This document shows, piece by piece, positions 1-8,913 of a DNA stretch of 42,939 bases (position 1 is the stretch's first letter; each line of letters opens with the position of its first letter). This DNA comes from an uncultured bacterium. Lineage in GTDB: Bacteria; Gemmatimonadota; Gemmatimonadetes; Gemmatimonadales; Gemmatimonadaceae. Under the pieces are notes generated by a model that did not search any database, was not told where the DNA came from, and saw nothing but the letters and a program-made list of their open reading frames with translations. The stretch is from positions 1-42,939 of the forward strand of contig CAXBQP010000025.1 in NCBI GenBank assembly GCA_963978095.1, written 5' to 3'. The translations under genes and the position numbers were made by a program.

Positions 1-2
1 AC

Positions 3-2678
3 GTGCTGGACCCCAGCGCCGGATACAAGGGCATCATGGATGTCGGGATCGCCGGCGGCAAAATCCTCGAGGTCGGACCGAACCTACCGCAAAACCAAGC
101 GCGGAAGACGCTGTCGGCAAAAGGCAAGTATGTATTCCCCGGCCTCGTGGACATGCACGCGCACGTCTTCGTCAACGGCCACGACATGGGCTGTTGCACC
201 GATCGGTTCTGCAAGGCGTCCGGCGTCACCAGTCTGTGCGACGCGGGTTCGGCCGGGTCGTCGAACTTCGCGGGATTGCGCCAAGTGCTGGACCGCGACG
301 TCCATACCCGCGTCCGAGCACTGGTGAATCTGTCGGCACTCGGCATCACCGGCACCTCCCGCGGCGGGGAGTTGCAGCATTTTCCCTATGCCGACCCGGA
401 AGGCTGCGCGAAGACGATCCTGGAAAATCCCGACTTGGCGTTCGGCGTGAAGCTGCGGTTCGGGCCGAACCTCGTTTGGGAATATTCCGCCGAACCGGTG
501 AAGGTCGCGCGCAAGGCGGCCGACATGGCGGGCGGCGTGCCGATGATGATGCACATCACCGACTCGCCCGTCCCGCTGCCGGATTTGGTCGAGCACATGA
601 AACCCGGCGACATTGTCACCCACTGCTACCACGGCCGCGCGCACGGGATCATGGGGCAGGAAAAGCAGCTTGTGCTGAAGGAAATTGTCGAGGCCCAGAA
701 GGCCGGAATCATTTTCGACTGCGCGCACGGGCGCAACCATTTCAACTTCCGTATGATCGAGAAGGCGCTCGCGCAGGGTTTCTTGACCGACACGATCTCC
801 ACCGATCTGACATCCACCAGCGCGACCAAGGGACCGGTGTGGGATTTGCCGACCACGATGACCAAGCTGCTGCATTTCGGGATGACGCTGGACGATATCA
901 TTCCGCGCGCGACCTCTCGGCCGGCGAAGATCATGGGCTACGAGGGCACGATCGGCACGCTGAAGCCGGGTGCCAATGCGGACGTTTCGGTGTTCGAACT
1001 GCGCGACGGCAAGTTCGAGCGCCTCGCCCGCGAAGAGGCGTTCCAGGCGATGCACCTGTCGGTGCCGATCCGCGGCGTCGGCATCCACATCAACGCCTTC
1101 AACTTCCCCTGCTGGGGCATGCTCGAGAAGCTCGCGTCCAGCTTCCTCGCGGGGGTGCCGGCCATCGTCAAGCCGGCCACGGTCACCTCGTATCTCACCG
1201 AGGCGATGGTCCGGTCGATGATCGAGTCGGGGCTGCTGCCCAGAGGGGCGCTCCAGTTGATCTGCGGCAGTGCCGGCGACCTCTTGAGCCATCTCTCGGA
1301 ACAGGACCTCGTCGCCTTCACCGGCAGCGCGGCCACGGGGCAGATGCTGAGGACCAGTCCGAACATCGTCAGCAACGCGATCCGCTTCAACATGGAGGCG
1401 GACTCGCTCAACTGCTCCATCCTCGGACCCGACGCCGTGCCCGGCACCGAGGAGTTCGACCTCTTCATCAAGGAGGTCGTGCGCGAGATGACGACCAAAG
1501 CGGGACAGAAGTGCACCGCCATTCGCCGCACCATCGTCCCCCGCGGCACCGAAGAGGCCGTCATCGCGGCGTTGAGCGCGCGACTCGCCAAGACCACCAT
1601 CGGCGACCCGGCCGTGGACGGCGTTCGCATGGGCCCCCTGGCCAGTCGCACGCAGGTCCACGACGTCGGGCTCGCGGCACAGCGCATTCGCGGCGCGGGC
1701 GAACTCGTGTTCGGCGGCACCGACAACTTCGAAGTCGTCGGGGCCGACCGCACCGCCGGAAGCTTCTTTGGCCCCATGCTCATGGTCTGTGCCGATCCGT
1801 TCGCGCACCACGAGCCGCACGACATCGAAGCATTCGGCCCCGTCAACACCGTCATGCCGTACGCCAACGTGGACGATGCGATCGCGCTGGCCCGACTCGG
1901 GCGCGGTTCGCTCTGCGGCTCGCTGTTCACGGCCGATGTGCAGGTGGCCCGGGCAGTCGTGCTCGGCGTCGCGCCCTGGCACGGCCGCCTGCTGGTGCTC
2001 GATCGGACCTCCGCCAAGGAGAGCACCGGCCACGGCTCCCCCATGCCGACCCTCGTGCACGGCGGCCCCGGACGCGCCGGCGGCGGCGAAGAACTCGGCG
2101 GCAGCAGGAGCGTGATGCATTACATGCAGCGCACCGCGGTGCAGGGAAGCCCGAGCGTCGTGGCCGCCATCACCCGCGAATGGGTCCGCGGCGCCGAGGA
2201 GACCACCCATGCCGTGCATCCCTTCCGCGAGTACTTCGAAGAACTCACCGTCGGCGAAACGCTCGTGACCAAGAGCCGCACGATCACGCTGGAGGATATC
2301 GCCCGGTTCGCGGAGCTCTCCGGGGACACGTTCTACGCCCACATGGATGACGAGGCCGCCAAATCCAACGGGATCTTCACCGGTCGCGTGGCGCACGGCT
2401 ATTTCGTCGTCTCCGCCGCTGCGGGGCTCTTCGTCGAGCCCGCGCTCGGCCCGGTGCTGGCCAACTACGGGTTGGAGAACCTCCGGTTCGTGAAGCCGGT
2501 GTATCCCGGAGACACGATCCACGTGCGGCTGACGGTCAAGCAGAAGACCGCAAAAGAAACACTCCCCGACGGGATTCCGCAGGGAGTGGTCGCGTGGGAC
2601 GTCGATGTGCGGAATCAGGACGATGAATCCGTGGCGCTCTATACCATCCTGACGCTCGTGCGCCGCAAGACGCCCTGA
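3..2678 (+). CDS. paaZ: Chimeric ORF, 5'-truncated by the window edge: metal-dependent amidohydrolase (dihydroorotase-like/deacetylase family, ~aa 1-339) fused in frame to N-terminally truncated PaaZ (aldehyde dehydrogenase plus MaoC-type oxepin-CoA hydrolase)
   Basis: N-part: PGLVDMHAH, DAGSAG, THCYHG, DTISTD, GTLKPGANADVSVF. C-part: HINAFNFPCWGMLEK, MEADSLN, TTKAGQKCTA (catalytic Cys), EAFGPV, STGHGSP..HGGPGRAGGGEE, MaoC motif GDTFYAHMD, NYGLENLRF. The switch occurs at about nt 1005-1020. Confidence 0.75.
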   Translation: MLDPSAGYKGIMDVGIAGGKILEVGPNLPQNQARKTLSAKGKYVFPGLVDMHAHVFVNGHDMGCCTDRFCKASGVTSLCDAGSAGSSNFAGLRQVLDRDVHTRVRALVNLSALGITGTSRGGELQHFPYADPEGCAKTILENPDLAFGVKLRFGPNLVWEYSAEPVKVARKAADMAGGVPMMMHITDSPVPLPDLVEHMKPGDIVTHCYHGRAHGIMGQEKQLVLKEIVEAQKAGIIFDCAHGRNHFNFRMIEKALAQGFLTDTISTDLTSTSATKGPVWDLPTTMTKLLHFGMTLDDIIPRATSRPAKIMGYEGTIGTLKPGANADVSVFELRDGKFERLAREEAFQAMHLSVPIRGVGIHINAFNFPCWGMLEKLASSFLAGVPAIVKPATVTSYLTEAMVRSMIESGLLPRGALQLICGSAGDLLSHLSEQDLVAFTGSAATGQMLRTSPNIVSNAIRFNMEADSLNCSILGPDAVPGTEEFDLFIKEVVREMTTKAGQKCTAIRRTIVPRGTEEAVIAALSARLAKTTIGDPAVDGVRMGPLASRTQVHDVGLAAQRIRGAGELVFGGTDNFEVVGADRTAGSFFGPMLMVCADPFAHHEPHDIEAFGPVNTVMPYANVDDAIALARLGRGSLCGSLFTADVQVARAVVLGVAPWHGRLLVLDRTSAKESTGHGSPMPTLVHGGPGRAGGGEELGGSRSVMHYMQRTAVQGSPSVVAAITREWVRGAEETTHAVHPFREYFEELTVGETLVTKSRTITLEDIARFAELSGDTFYAHMDDEAAKSNGIFTGRVAHGYFVVSAAAGLFVEPALGPVLANYGLENLRFVKPVYPGDTIHVRLTVKQKTAKETLPDGIPQGVVAWDVDVRNQDDESVALYTILTLVRRKTP

Positions 2679-2682
2679 TCGG

Positions 2683-3984
2683 CTACTTGACCGTGAACTT
2701 GGTGCTGGCGATCACCTTGTCCGCGAGCGCGCAATCCACGGTGTAGTTGCCACTGGTCCACCCGCCCGGGTCCGCAAATCCGTTGGCCGTTGCCTTGATG
2801 GACGTGTACGACTCCAACTTGGGTGCCAGCAACAACTGATCCGTGTACAGCAACTTCCCGGTGTCCACGTGCTTCCACACGCAGGACACGGTCTCCGTGG
2901 TTTTGCCGTCCGGCGGGGGGAAGAGCAACTGCAGTTCCATACCGACCATCCGAAGCTTGTCGCCCACGAACACGTCCGTGTACGAACGCTCCATCAACGG
3001 GACGATCTGCGGCCCCGTGGCAAAGGTCCGCAGGGTCAGCACCCGGGCCTTCAGGCTCGGGATGTCGGAGCCAACGGTCCCGGACGTGAACACGGAAAAG
3101 GGCGCCCGCAAGACCGTCTTGATGCCATAATCGCAGTAGACATTGTACTGGCCGTTCTTCCACGTGTCGTAGTCGTCCTTGCCGAACTGGATGTAGGCTT
3201 CCCAGTCGGACGCCCCCGCGGTCGGCGTGCCGTCGATCTCGCCGAAAGCCAGCGTCCCGCCATCTTTGTCATACTTGCACTGGAGCTTGAGCGACGGCGT
3301 CGCCGCTGCCGGCTGCGCGCTCACGAACTTCATGCGCGCGCAGACAAACCGGGCCAATCGTGAGTCAAAGCGGTCGGCCGCCGGGCCCAAGTAGTGTTCC
3401 GGCGTCGCACTGAGTGCCGGGCATTCGAAGAAGTCCATCGAGGCCTTTACCGCCCCCAACCCCGCAACGTCGAGCGTCGCGGAGTTGGGTATCGCCAACC
3501 GCTGGGTTGAGATATCCGCGGCGGCCTTTTCCTTGGCCGTGCTGGGCGCCGCTGACCGCGTACGTGCCGGTTCCGCCGCCGCCGTCGGGCTGGCCATGCT
3601 CTGCGACATCTGCTGCACGGGGGCAGCCGGCACCGGCACCGGAACCGGCACGGGAACCGGCACCGCCACGGTAGGCGCCGAGCTGGCCGCGGCAGCTGCA
3701 GCCGCCGCGGCCTCGCCCACCAAACACGCGCGGCTGAGCTTCATCACCAGCTCCGCACTTCCCCCGCTGCCCCGAAGATCCGCACCCTCGGACGCTGCGA
3801 GCGGCTTGGCCAGGCATCCCGAGTTGACGATCGCCAGAATCTTCTCGTCAGCCACGCCATTGCGAAGCATCTCGGCGAGCATCTGGGGCGTGAAGCCCTG
3901 CCGTTGCGCGGCCGCCGGCGTGGCCCATGCGGCCGACGTCGCAACCAGCACCACGGTCAAACCGGAGAATCGCAACCGCGACAT
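2683..3984 (-). CDS. Secreted hypothetical protein (signal peptide, small two-Cys helical domain, Ala/Pro-rich linker, beta-rich C-terminal region)
   Basis: ATG at 3984 gives MSRLRFSGLTVVLVATSAAWATPAAAQ, a signal peptide with an AxA cleavage site. Coding-like GC3. Convergent with paaZ (4-bp gap). Confidence 0.8.
   Translation of the reverse strand: MSRLRFSGLTVVLVATSAAWATPAAAQRQGFTPQMLAEMLRNGVADEKILAIVNSGCLAKPLAASEGADLRGSGGSAELVMKLSRACLVGEAAAAAAAAASSAPTVAVPVPVPVPVPVPAAPVQQMSQSMASPTAAAEPARTRSAAPSTAKEKAAADISTQRLAIPNSATLDVAGLGAVKASMDFFECPALSATPEHYLGPAADRFDSRLARFVCARMKFVSAQPAAATPSLKLQCKYDKDGGTLAFGEIDGTPTAGASDWEAYIQFGKDDYDTWKNGQYNVYCDYGIKTVLRAPFSVFTSGTVGSDIPSLKARVLTLRTFATGPQIVPLMERSYTDVFVGDKLRMVGMELQLLFPPPDGKTTETVSCVWKHVDTGKLLYTDQLLLAPKLESYTSIKATANGFADPGGWTSGNYTVDCALADKVIASTKFTVK
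3628..3663. repeat. Imperfect 6-bp tandem repeat encoding a (Val-Pro)n linker
   Basis: ggcacc/ggaacc units; the protein reads VAVPVPVPVPVPVPA. Confidence 0.7.
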
Positions 3985-4329
3985 ATCAGAACCGAAAAGG
4001 GGGGGGCGGGCCGCTTCCCCATATAAATGCAGTGTTTCGGGGCTAGGCGCCAGTCTTCGTTGACAACTCATTTCCTAACGGTCGCTCGGTCGGCGGTCAG
4101 GAACTCGCCAACCGCAAAGCGCTACGGCGCCCTCCGACTCCCCACACGCTCTCCGCTGTCCAGGTGTGCCGCGTCGGAAGGGAACATCCGAAAAAGGGAA
4201 CGAAGGGGAAAGGGGCGAGCGCCGCCTATGGTTCCAACGGCGAAATGTCAAAATGTCATGAAATTTGACGGATCAACTTTGGCAAAGGAGGAGGGCAGAA
4301 CTCGGGGGGGGGGGGGCGATCCCCCCAAT

Positions 4330-4745
4330 GAGATGTTTATCCACATTACGATTGCCCCTGGCGCGACCGCTGGAGACCGGCGGAGGCCTCGGAGTTCCCT
4401 CGTCGAGCTGCACAGAGGTGAAAATCCTGACTCGAAGCCCCGAAAGCCGCACTTCTCCAAGATCCTATGTGGAAATGCATATGGATGCAACAATCTAGTT
4501 TATTTAATGTAACATAAACATATTTATATAGCCATTTTACGGCATATGCATAATGTGAAATATTAAGTATGGTTGCCGTGTGGATATGCATAAATCACAT
4601 GCATAAGTGTTTGCATACGGCTTGGGTCGACGCGGTGATCACAAATACTGATATCCACAGCGCCTTGGTCTGGAGCAATCGCGGGCGAGAGAGACACCGC
4701 CCGCACGAGGCGGCATACCACCAATCTCAGACTTATCCACAACCG
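4330..4745. other. Putative chromosomal replication origin (oriC)
   Basis: Perfect DnaA boxes TTATCCACA at 4337-4345 and 4733-4741. Near-perfect boxes TGTGGATAT 4579-4587, ATATCCACA 4651-4659 and TGTGGAAAT 4468-4476. Degenerate TATGCATAA boxes at 4545 and 4585. AT-rich tract 4499-4530 (29/32 A/T) in a GC-rich genome. No convincing CDS. Confidence 0.7.
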
Positions 4746-4930
4746 ATTAGTGGCGATCGCGTTTCGATCTTCAGCCTCTCGTACGTGGTTCCATCCAAAG
4801 GACTGCCAATAGGGCGCTTCGTCACATGGCGCGTGCAAACGCAAAAAAAATCGGGATCGGCTGAAGAGCCGACCCCGTGATAATACACTGACCGTCCGAT
4901 CGGCGCGGGCCGTGGACGGCGCCTCGCGCT

Positions 4931-5110
4931 TCAGGCCTTCGCGTTCTTCTTGGCCGCGAGTGCGTCCTGGATCCAAGTCAACGGAATCAAGAAGAGCGGC
5001 GTCAGGAAGATGCCGAGCAACATGTTGATCCAGATCAGGGCGGTGTAGAAGGCCCCCATGCCGAGTCCGGCGATCAGGGTGCCGAGCGGTCCGCCAAAGC
5101 TGTGTTCCAC
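4931..5110 (-). CDS. Small (59 aa) membrane protein, absent from the ORF track
   Basis: GTG start with AGAGGAC SD upstream. Sequence MEHSFGGPLGTLIAGLGMGAFYTALIWINMLLGIFLTPLFLIPLTWIQDALAAKKNAKA: hydrophobic core, basic tail, GC3-rich codons. Confidence 0.75.
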   Translation of the reverse strand: MEHSFGGPLGTLIAGLGMGAFYTALIWINMLLGIFLTPLFLIPLTWIQDALAAKKNAKA

Positions 5111-5142
5111 GAGTCGTCCTCTGAGATGAACGGTGCGACGAC

Positions 5143-5148
5143 TATCTT
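5143..5148 (+). promoter_or_regulatory. Putative -10 element for a leaderless tilS transcript
   Basis: TATCTT 6 nt before ATG 5155, with no SD. Confidence 0.5.
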
Positions 5149-5154
5149 AGCACA

Positions 5155-6171
5155 ATGTCCCCTGATATGGAAGCGCTGTTTCAAGAACACCCCGTGGGGC
5201 AGGCGGTGGATCGAGCCGTGCACCATGTGGGCCAGCCCCACGGCGAGTCCCGTCGACTGTCAGGTCGCGGGGCGGAACGCTGGCTGCTGGCGGTCTCAGG
5301 AGGGCGCGACTCCATGGTGTTGCTCGATGCGGCCGTCCGTGCCGGCGCGCCGATCGCCGCGGTCGCGACCTATGATCACGGCACCGGACCGGCCGCGCGA
5401 AGAGCTGCGGCCCTGGTCGCGCGCGCGGGAGAACGCCTTGGGGTTGCCGTGGTCACGGGGCGTCGGACGGCGAGCCGCAACGAACGTGAAGCGACATGGA
5501 GGACCGCCCGACGTGACTTCCTGATGGGGTGGGCCTCTGAGTTGATGGCGACCATCGTCACGGCGCATTCGCGCGACGATCAGATCGAGACCGTGGCGAT
5601 CCGCATCCTGCGTGGATCCGGGGTCCGCGGCCTTGCGGCGATGGATGTCGATTCCGGGCCTCTCCGTCCCTTGTTGGGCGTTTCGCGCCCTCAGATCGCC
5701 TCCTACGCGAACCTTTTCCGGGTCCGATGGGTGGAAGACCCGAGTAATGCCGGCAGGGATTTTCTTCGAAACCGGGTTCGGCACGACTTGTTGCCCGCGC
5801 TCGAGGCGGTGCACCCGGGGTTTGGCGACGCCCTTGCCGAAGTCGGGCGGTCGGCTGGGGCGTGGCGCCGACAGGTGGAGTCCGTCGTCGATGGACTCGC
5901 GCCTGTCGTGGCCGGCGAATCGCTCGTCGTGCGTCGTACGGCGCTTGCCCCCTTCGATCAAGCCGGGCTGGCGGTTCTCTGGCCGGCGCTTGCGGCTCGG
6001 CTCGGCGTAACCTTGGACCGACGCGGAACGGAACGGCTCGCGCAGTTTACCACATCCCGAGGACGAGCGGGGACGATTCCGCTCTCTGGGGGGGCCACGG
6101 TGCAGCGCACGGGCACGAGCTTCGTGCTGCGCCCTCCTCGAGCGGACACGCTACTATATTTGGATGAATGA
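5155..6171 (+). CDS. tilS: tRNA(Ile)-lysidine synthetase
   Basis: PP-loop SGGRDS, TAHSRDDQIET, RPLL, EDPSN..RNRVRH; tilS-hpt-ftsH synteny. Confidence 0.93.
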   Translation: MSPDMEALFQEHPVGQAVDRAVHHVGQPHGESRRLSGRGAERWLLAVSGGRDSMVLLDAAVRAGAPIAAVATYDHGTGPAARRAAALVARAGERLGVAVVTGRRTASRNEREATWRTARRDFLMGWASELMATIVTAHSRDDQIETVAIRILRGSGVRGLAAMDVDSGPLRPLLGVSRPQIASYANLFRVRWVEDPSNAGRDFLRNRVRHDLLPALEAVHPGFGDALAEVGRSAGAWRRQVESVVDGLAPVVAGESLVVRRTALAPFDQAGLAVLWPALAARLGVTLDRRGTERLAQFTTSRGRAGTIPLSGGATVQRTGTSFVLRPPRADTLLYLDE

Positions 6172-6755
6172 CTGCTGACCATCGATTCGACGAGCCCGCG
6201 CCCGTCGCTGCTGATCACCACGATGCGCGACTGCTCGGCCGGGCGGTCAAGCACATCGCGTACGATCGAGCCGCGATCGCGAGCCGCGTGCGTGCGTTGG
6301 GCGCGGAGATCACCGCCGCCTACCCCGACGGGGAGTTGCTCGTGCTCGGGCTGCTCAAGGGGAGTTTCGTCTTCCTCGCCGACCTGGTGCGCGAGATCCA
6401 GCGCCCCCTGCACGTCGATTTCCTGGTCGCCTCCAGTTACGGCCACGGGACCGTCTCCAGCGGAAACGTCCGACTGGTGTACGATCCGGAAACAAAACTC
6501 GAGGGGAAGCACATTCTATTGGTAGAGGATATCGTCGACACGGGTCGGACCCTGAGCACACTCATCGAGTTACTCTCGGCTCGGAATCCGGCGTCGATCG
6601 AGATCTGCGCTCTGCTCCACAAGCATATTGCCACCGAACTGCATCATCCGACGAAGTTCATCGGGTTCGACGCTCCCAACGAGTTCCTGGTCGGGTACGG
6701 CCTCGACCATGCGGAAAACTTCCGACATCTGCCGTACGTTGCCAGTCTGCAGTAA
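6168..6755 (+). CDS. hpt: Hypoxanthine phosphoribosyltransferase
   Basis: [16 protein letters not shown] motif [20 protein letters not shown]. Confidence 0.96.
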   Translation: MTADHRFDEPAPVAADHHDARLLGRAVKHIAYDRAAIASRVRALGAEITAAYPDGELLVLGLLKGSFVFLADLVREIQRPLHVDFLVASSYGHGTVSSGNVRLVYDPETKLEGKHILLVEDIVDTGRTLSTLIELLSARNPASIEICALLHKHIATELHHPTKFIGFDAPNEFLVGYGLDHAENFRHLPYVASLQ

Positions 6756-6771
6756 GGCTGGATAGGAATAC

Positions 6772-8745
6772 ATGTCCAACACTCCGCAGAAACCTCCGCG
6801 CAACTTGTCCAGCACCTCCAAGACGATCGCGTTTTGGGTGCTCGTGCTTCTGGTTCCGGTGGCCTTCATCCAGTTCTCCAACGCGCGCGCCGATGCACGC
6901 GTCGAACTGAACGTCTCCCAGTACGAGCAGCAGCTCGACGCCAACAACGTCGCCGCGATCAACATCTCGTCGGACCGCCATGTCAACGGCGACTTCCGGC
7001 AGAAGGTGGCCGTCGACGGGCACTCGGGCAAGAAGTTCCATGTGCTGCTCCCCGGACCGCTCACCGAGCGTGAGCGCGACCAGCTGCGGGCGAACAAGGT
7101 CGTGGTCGCGTCGAGCGAGGCGGGGCAGAGCTTCGGCACGCTGCTCATCGCGTGGCTCCCGGTGATCCTGATCATCGCGATCTGGATCTTCATCTTCCGG
7201 CAGATGCAGGCCGGCGGGAACAAGGCGTTCTCGTTCGGCAAGTCAAAGGCCAAGCTCCTGTCGGGCGACACGCCGAAGATCACCTTCGCCGACGTCGCGG
7301 GCTGCGACGAAGCCAAGGTCGAACTGCAGGAGATCATCGAGTTCCTGAAGGATCCGCAGAAGTTCACCAAGCTCGGCGGCCGTTTGCCCAAGGGTGCGCT
7401 CCTCGTCGGCCCGCCGGGCACCGGCAAGACGCTGCTGGCCAAGGCGGTGGCTGGGGAAGCGGGGCGTCCCTTCTTCTCGATGTCGGGTTCCGATTTCGTC
7501 GAGATGTTCGTGGGTGTTGGCGCGAGCCGCGTGCGCGACCTGTTCGAGCAGGGGAAGGCCAGCGCGCCGTGCATCATCTTCATCGATGAAATCGACGCCG
7601 TCGGGCGCCATCGCGGCGCCGGCTTGGGCGGGGGGCATGACGAACGCGAGCAGACGCTGAACCAGTTGCTCGTCGAGATGGACGGCTTCGAGTCGAACGA
7701 CGGCGTGATCCTGATCGCCGCCACGAACCGTCCGGACGTACTCGACCCTGCGCTCCTGCGCCCGGGCCGCTTCGACCGCCAGATCGTGGTCGATGCCCCG
7801 GACTTCCGCGGTCGCGAGGGGATCCTCAAGGTTCATCTCCGCAACAAGCCGATCGCGGAGGATGTGGACGTCGTCGCGATCGCCAAGGGCACGCCCGGCA
7901 TGGCCGGTGCCGACCTCGCGAATCTCGTGAACGAAGGGGCGCTGCTCGCGGCGCGCCGCAATCACGACAAGATCTACATGGTCGATTTCGAGGACGCGAA
8001 GGACAAGGTCATGCTCGGCACCGAGCGCAAGTCGCTCGTGATGAAGGAGGAGGAGCGTCGCCTCACCGCGTATCACGAAGGGGGGCACGCCGTGTGCGCG
8101 ATGATGGTCAAGGGGAACGATCCGCTGCACAAGGTGACGATCGTGCCGCGCGGCCGTGCGCTCGGCGTGGCGTTCACGCTGCCCGAGGACGATCGCGTCA
8201 GTGTGACGCGCGAGCAGCTCGAGGCGCGTCTCGTGATGGCGTACGGCGGGCGTGTGGCCGAAGAACTGGTGTTCGGGCACGACCACGTGACGACGGGCGC
8301 GAGCGGCGACATCCAGCAGGCCACGAGCATCGCGCGTCGCTACGTGTCGCAGTGGGGACTCTCCGATTCGATCGGCCCGATTCTCGTCGGGGACAATGAG
8401 CAGGAGGTCTTCCTGGGCCAACAGCTCACGAGCCGTCGCGCGGTGTCGGAGCGGACGGCGCAGGCCGTCGACGATGAGGTCTCGCGCGTGATCCAGCAGG
8501 CGTACAATCGCGCCAAGGAAGTGCTCACCACGCACCGCGCGCTCCTCGACGCGATCGCCGCGGGGCTGTTGGAGCGCGAGACCCTGATTCGCGATGACTT
8601 CGATCGTCTGCTGAGGGGTGAGCCGCTGGCCGCGCGGGTCGAGATCCCGACCAACCCGCCCACGGTGCCACCGGCTGCCGTGACGCCGGAGCCCCGCCGA
8701 CCTGCGCCGGGACTGCTCGGGGGACCGGAGCCGAGCCCGGCGTAA
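6772..8745 (+). CDS. ftsH: ATP-dependent zinc metalloprotease FtsH
   Basis: Two TM helices, Walker A GPPGTGKT, Walker [19 protein letters not shown], zinc motif HEGGH. Confidence 0.98.
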   Translation: MSNTPQKPPRNLSSTSKTIAFWVLVLLVPVAFIQFSNARADARVELNVSQYEQQLDANNVAAINISSDRHVNGDFRQKVAVDGHSGKKFHVLLPGPLTERERDQLRANKVVVASSEAGQSFGTLLIAWLPVILIIAIWIFIFRQMQAGGNKAFSFGKSKAKLLSGDTPKITFADVAGCDEAKVELQEIIEFLKDPQKFTKLGGRLPKGALLVGPPGTGKTLLAKAVAGEAGRPFFSMSGSDFVEMFVGVGASRVRDLFEQGKASAPCIIFIDEIDAVGRHRGAGLGGGHDEREQTLNQLLVEMDGFESNDGVILIAATNRPDVLDPALLRPGRFDRQIVVDAPDFRGREGILKVHLRNKPIAEDVDVVAIAKGTPGMAGADLANLVNEGALLAARRNHDKIYMVDFEDAKDKVMLGTERKSLVMKEEERRLTAYHEGGHAVCAMMVKGNDPLHKVTIVPRGRALGVAFTLPEDDRVSVTREQLEARLVMAYGGRVAEELVFGHDHVTTGASGDIQQATSIARRYVSQWGLSDSIGPILVGDNEQEVFLGQQLTSRRAVSERTAQAVDDEVSRVIQQAYNRAKEVLTTHRALLDAIAAGLLERETLIRDDFDRLLRGEPLAARVEIPTNPPTVPPAAVTPEPRRPAPGLLGGPEPSPA

Positions 8746-8774
8746 GCGGAAGTCACAGGCGGGCAGGTGCAGGT

Positions 8775-8807
8775 GGACGAGGGGAGCGGAGGTCGCTCCC
8801 CTCGTCC
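8775..8807 (+). terminator. Putative terminator hairpin after ftsH
   Basis: Perfect 14-bp stem GGACGAGGGGAGCG/CGCTCCCCTCGTCC with a 5-nt loop; weak U tract. Confidence 0.6.
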
Positions 8808-8875
8808 CGTTCGGGGGCGGTGTGTTTCCCTGGTCACGGCGCGGTAAACCGTTGTCGCGGCGTGATTTCGGTCAC

Positions 8876-8905
8876 TTGCCGAGCCGCCTGAACCGGGGCT
8901 AAATT
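8876..8905 (+). promoter_or_regulatory. Putative sigma70 promoter of the yggS operon
   Basis: TTGCCG-N18-TAAATT, 8 nt before ATG 8914. Confidence 0.45.
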
Positions 8906-8913
8906 ACCCTGTT

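Noticed and set aside
4490..4553. DnaA-trio array beside the AT-rich tract
   Set aside because: Only two or three NAN triplets are in register after the nearest box, too few to call.
4027..4976. ORF-track ORFs across the origin candidate
   Set aside because: Atypical composition, no motifs, and they overlap DnaA boxes and the AT-rich tract.
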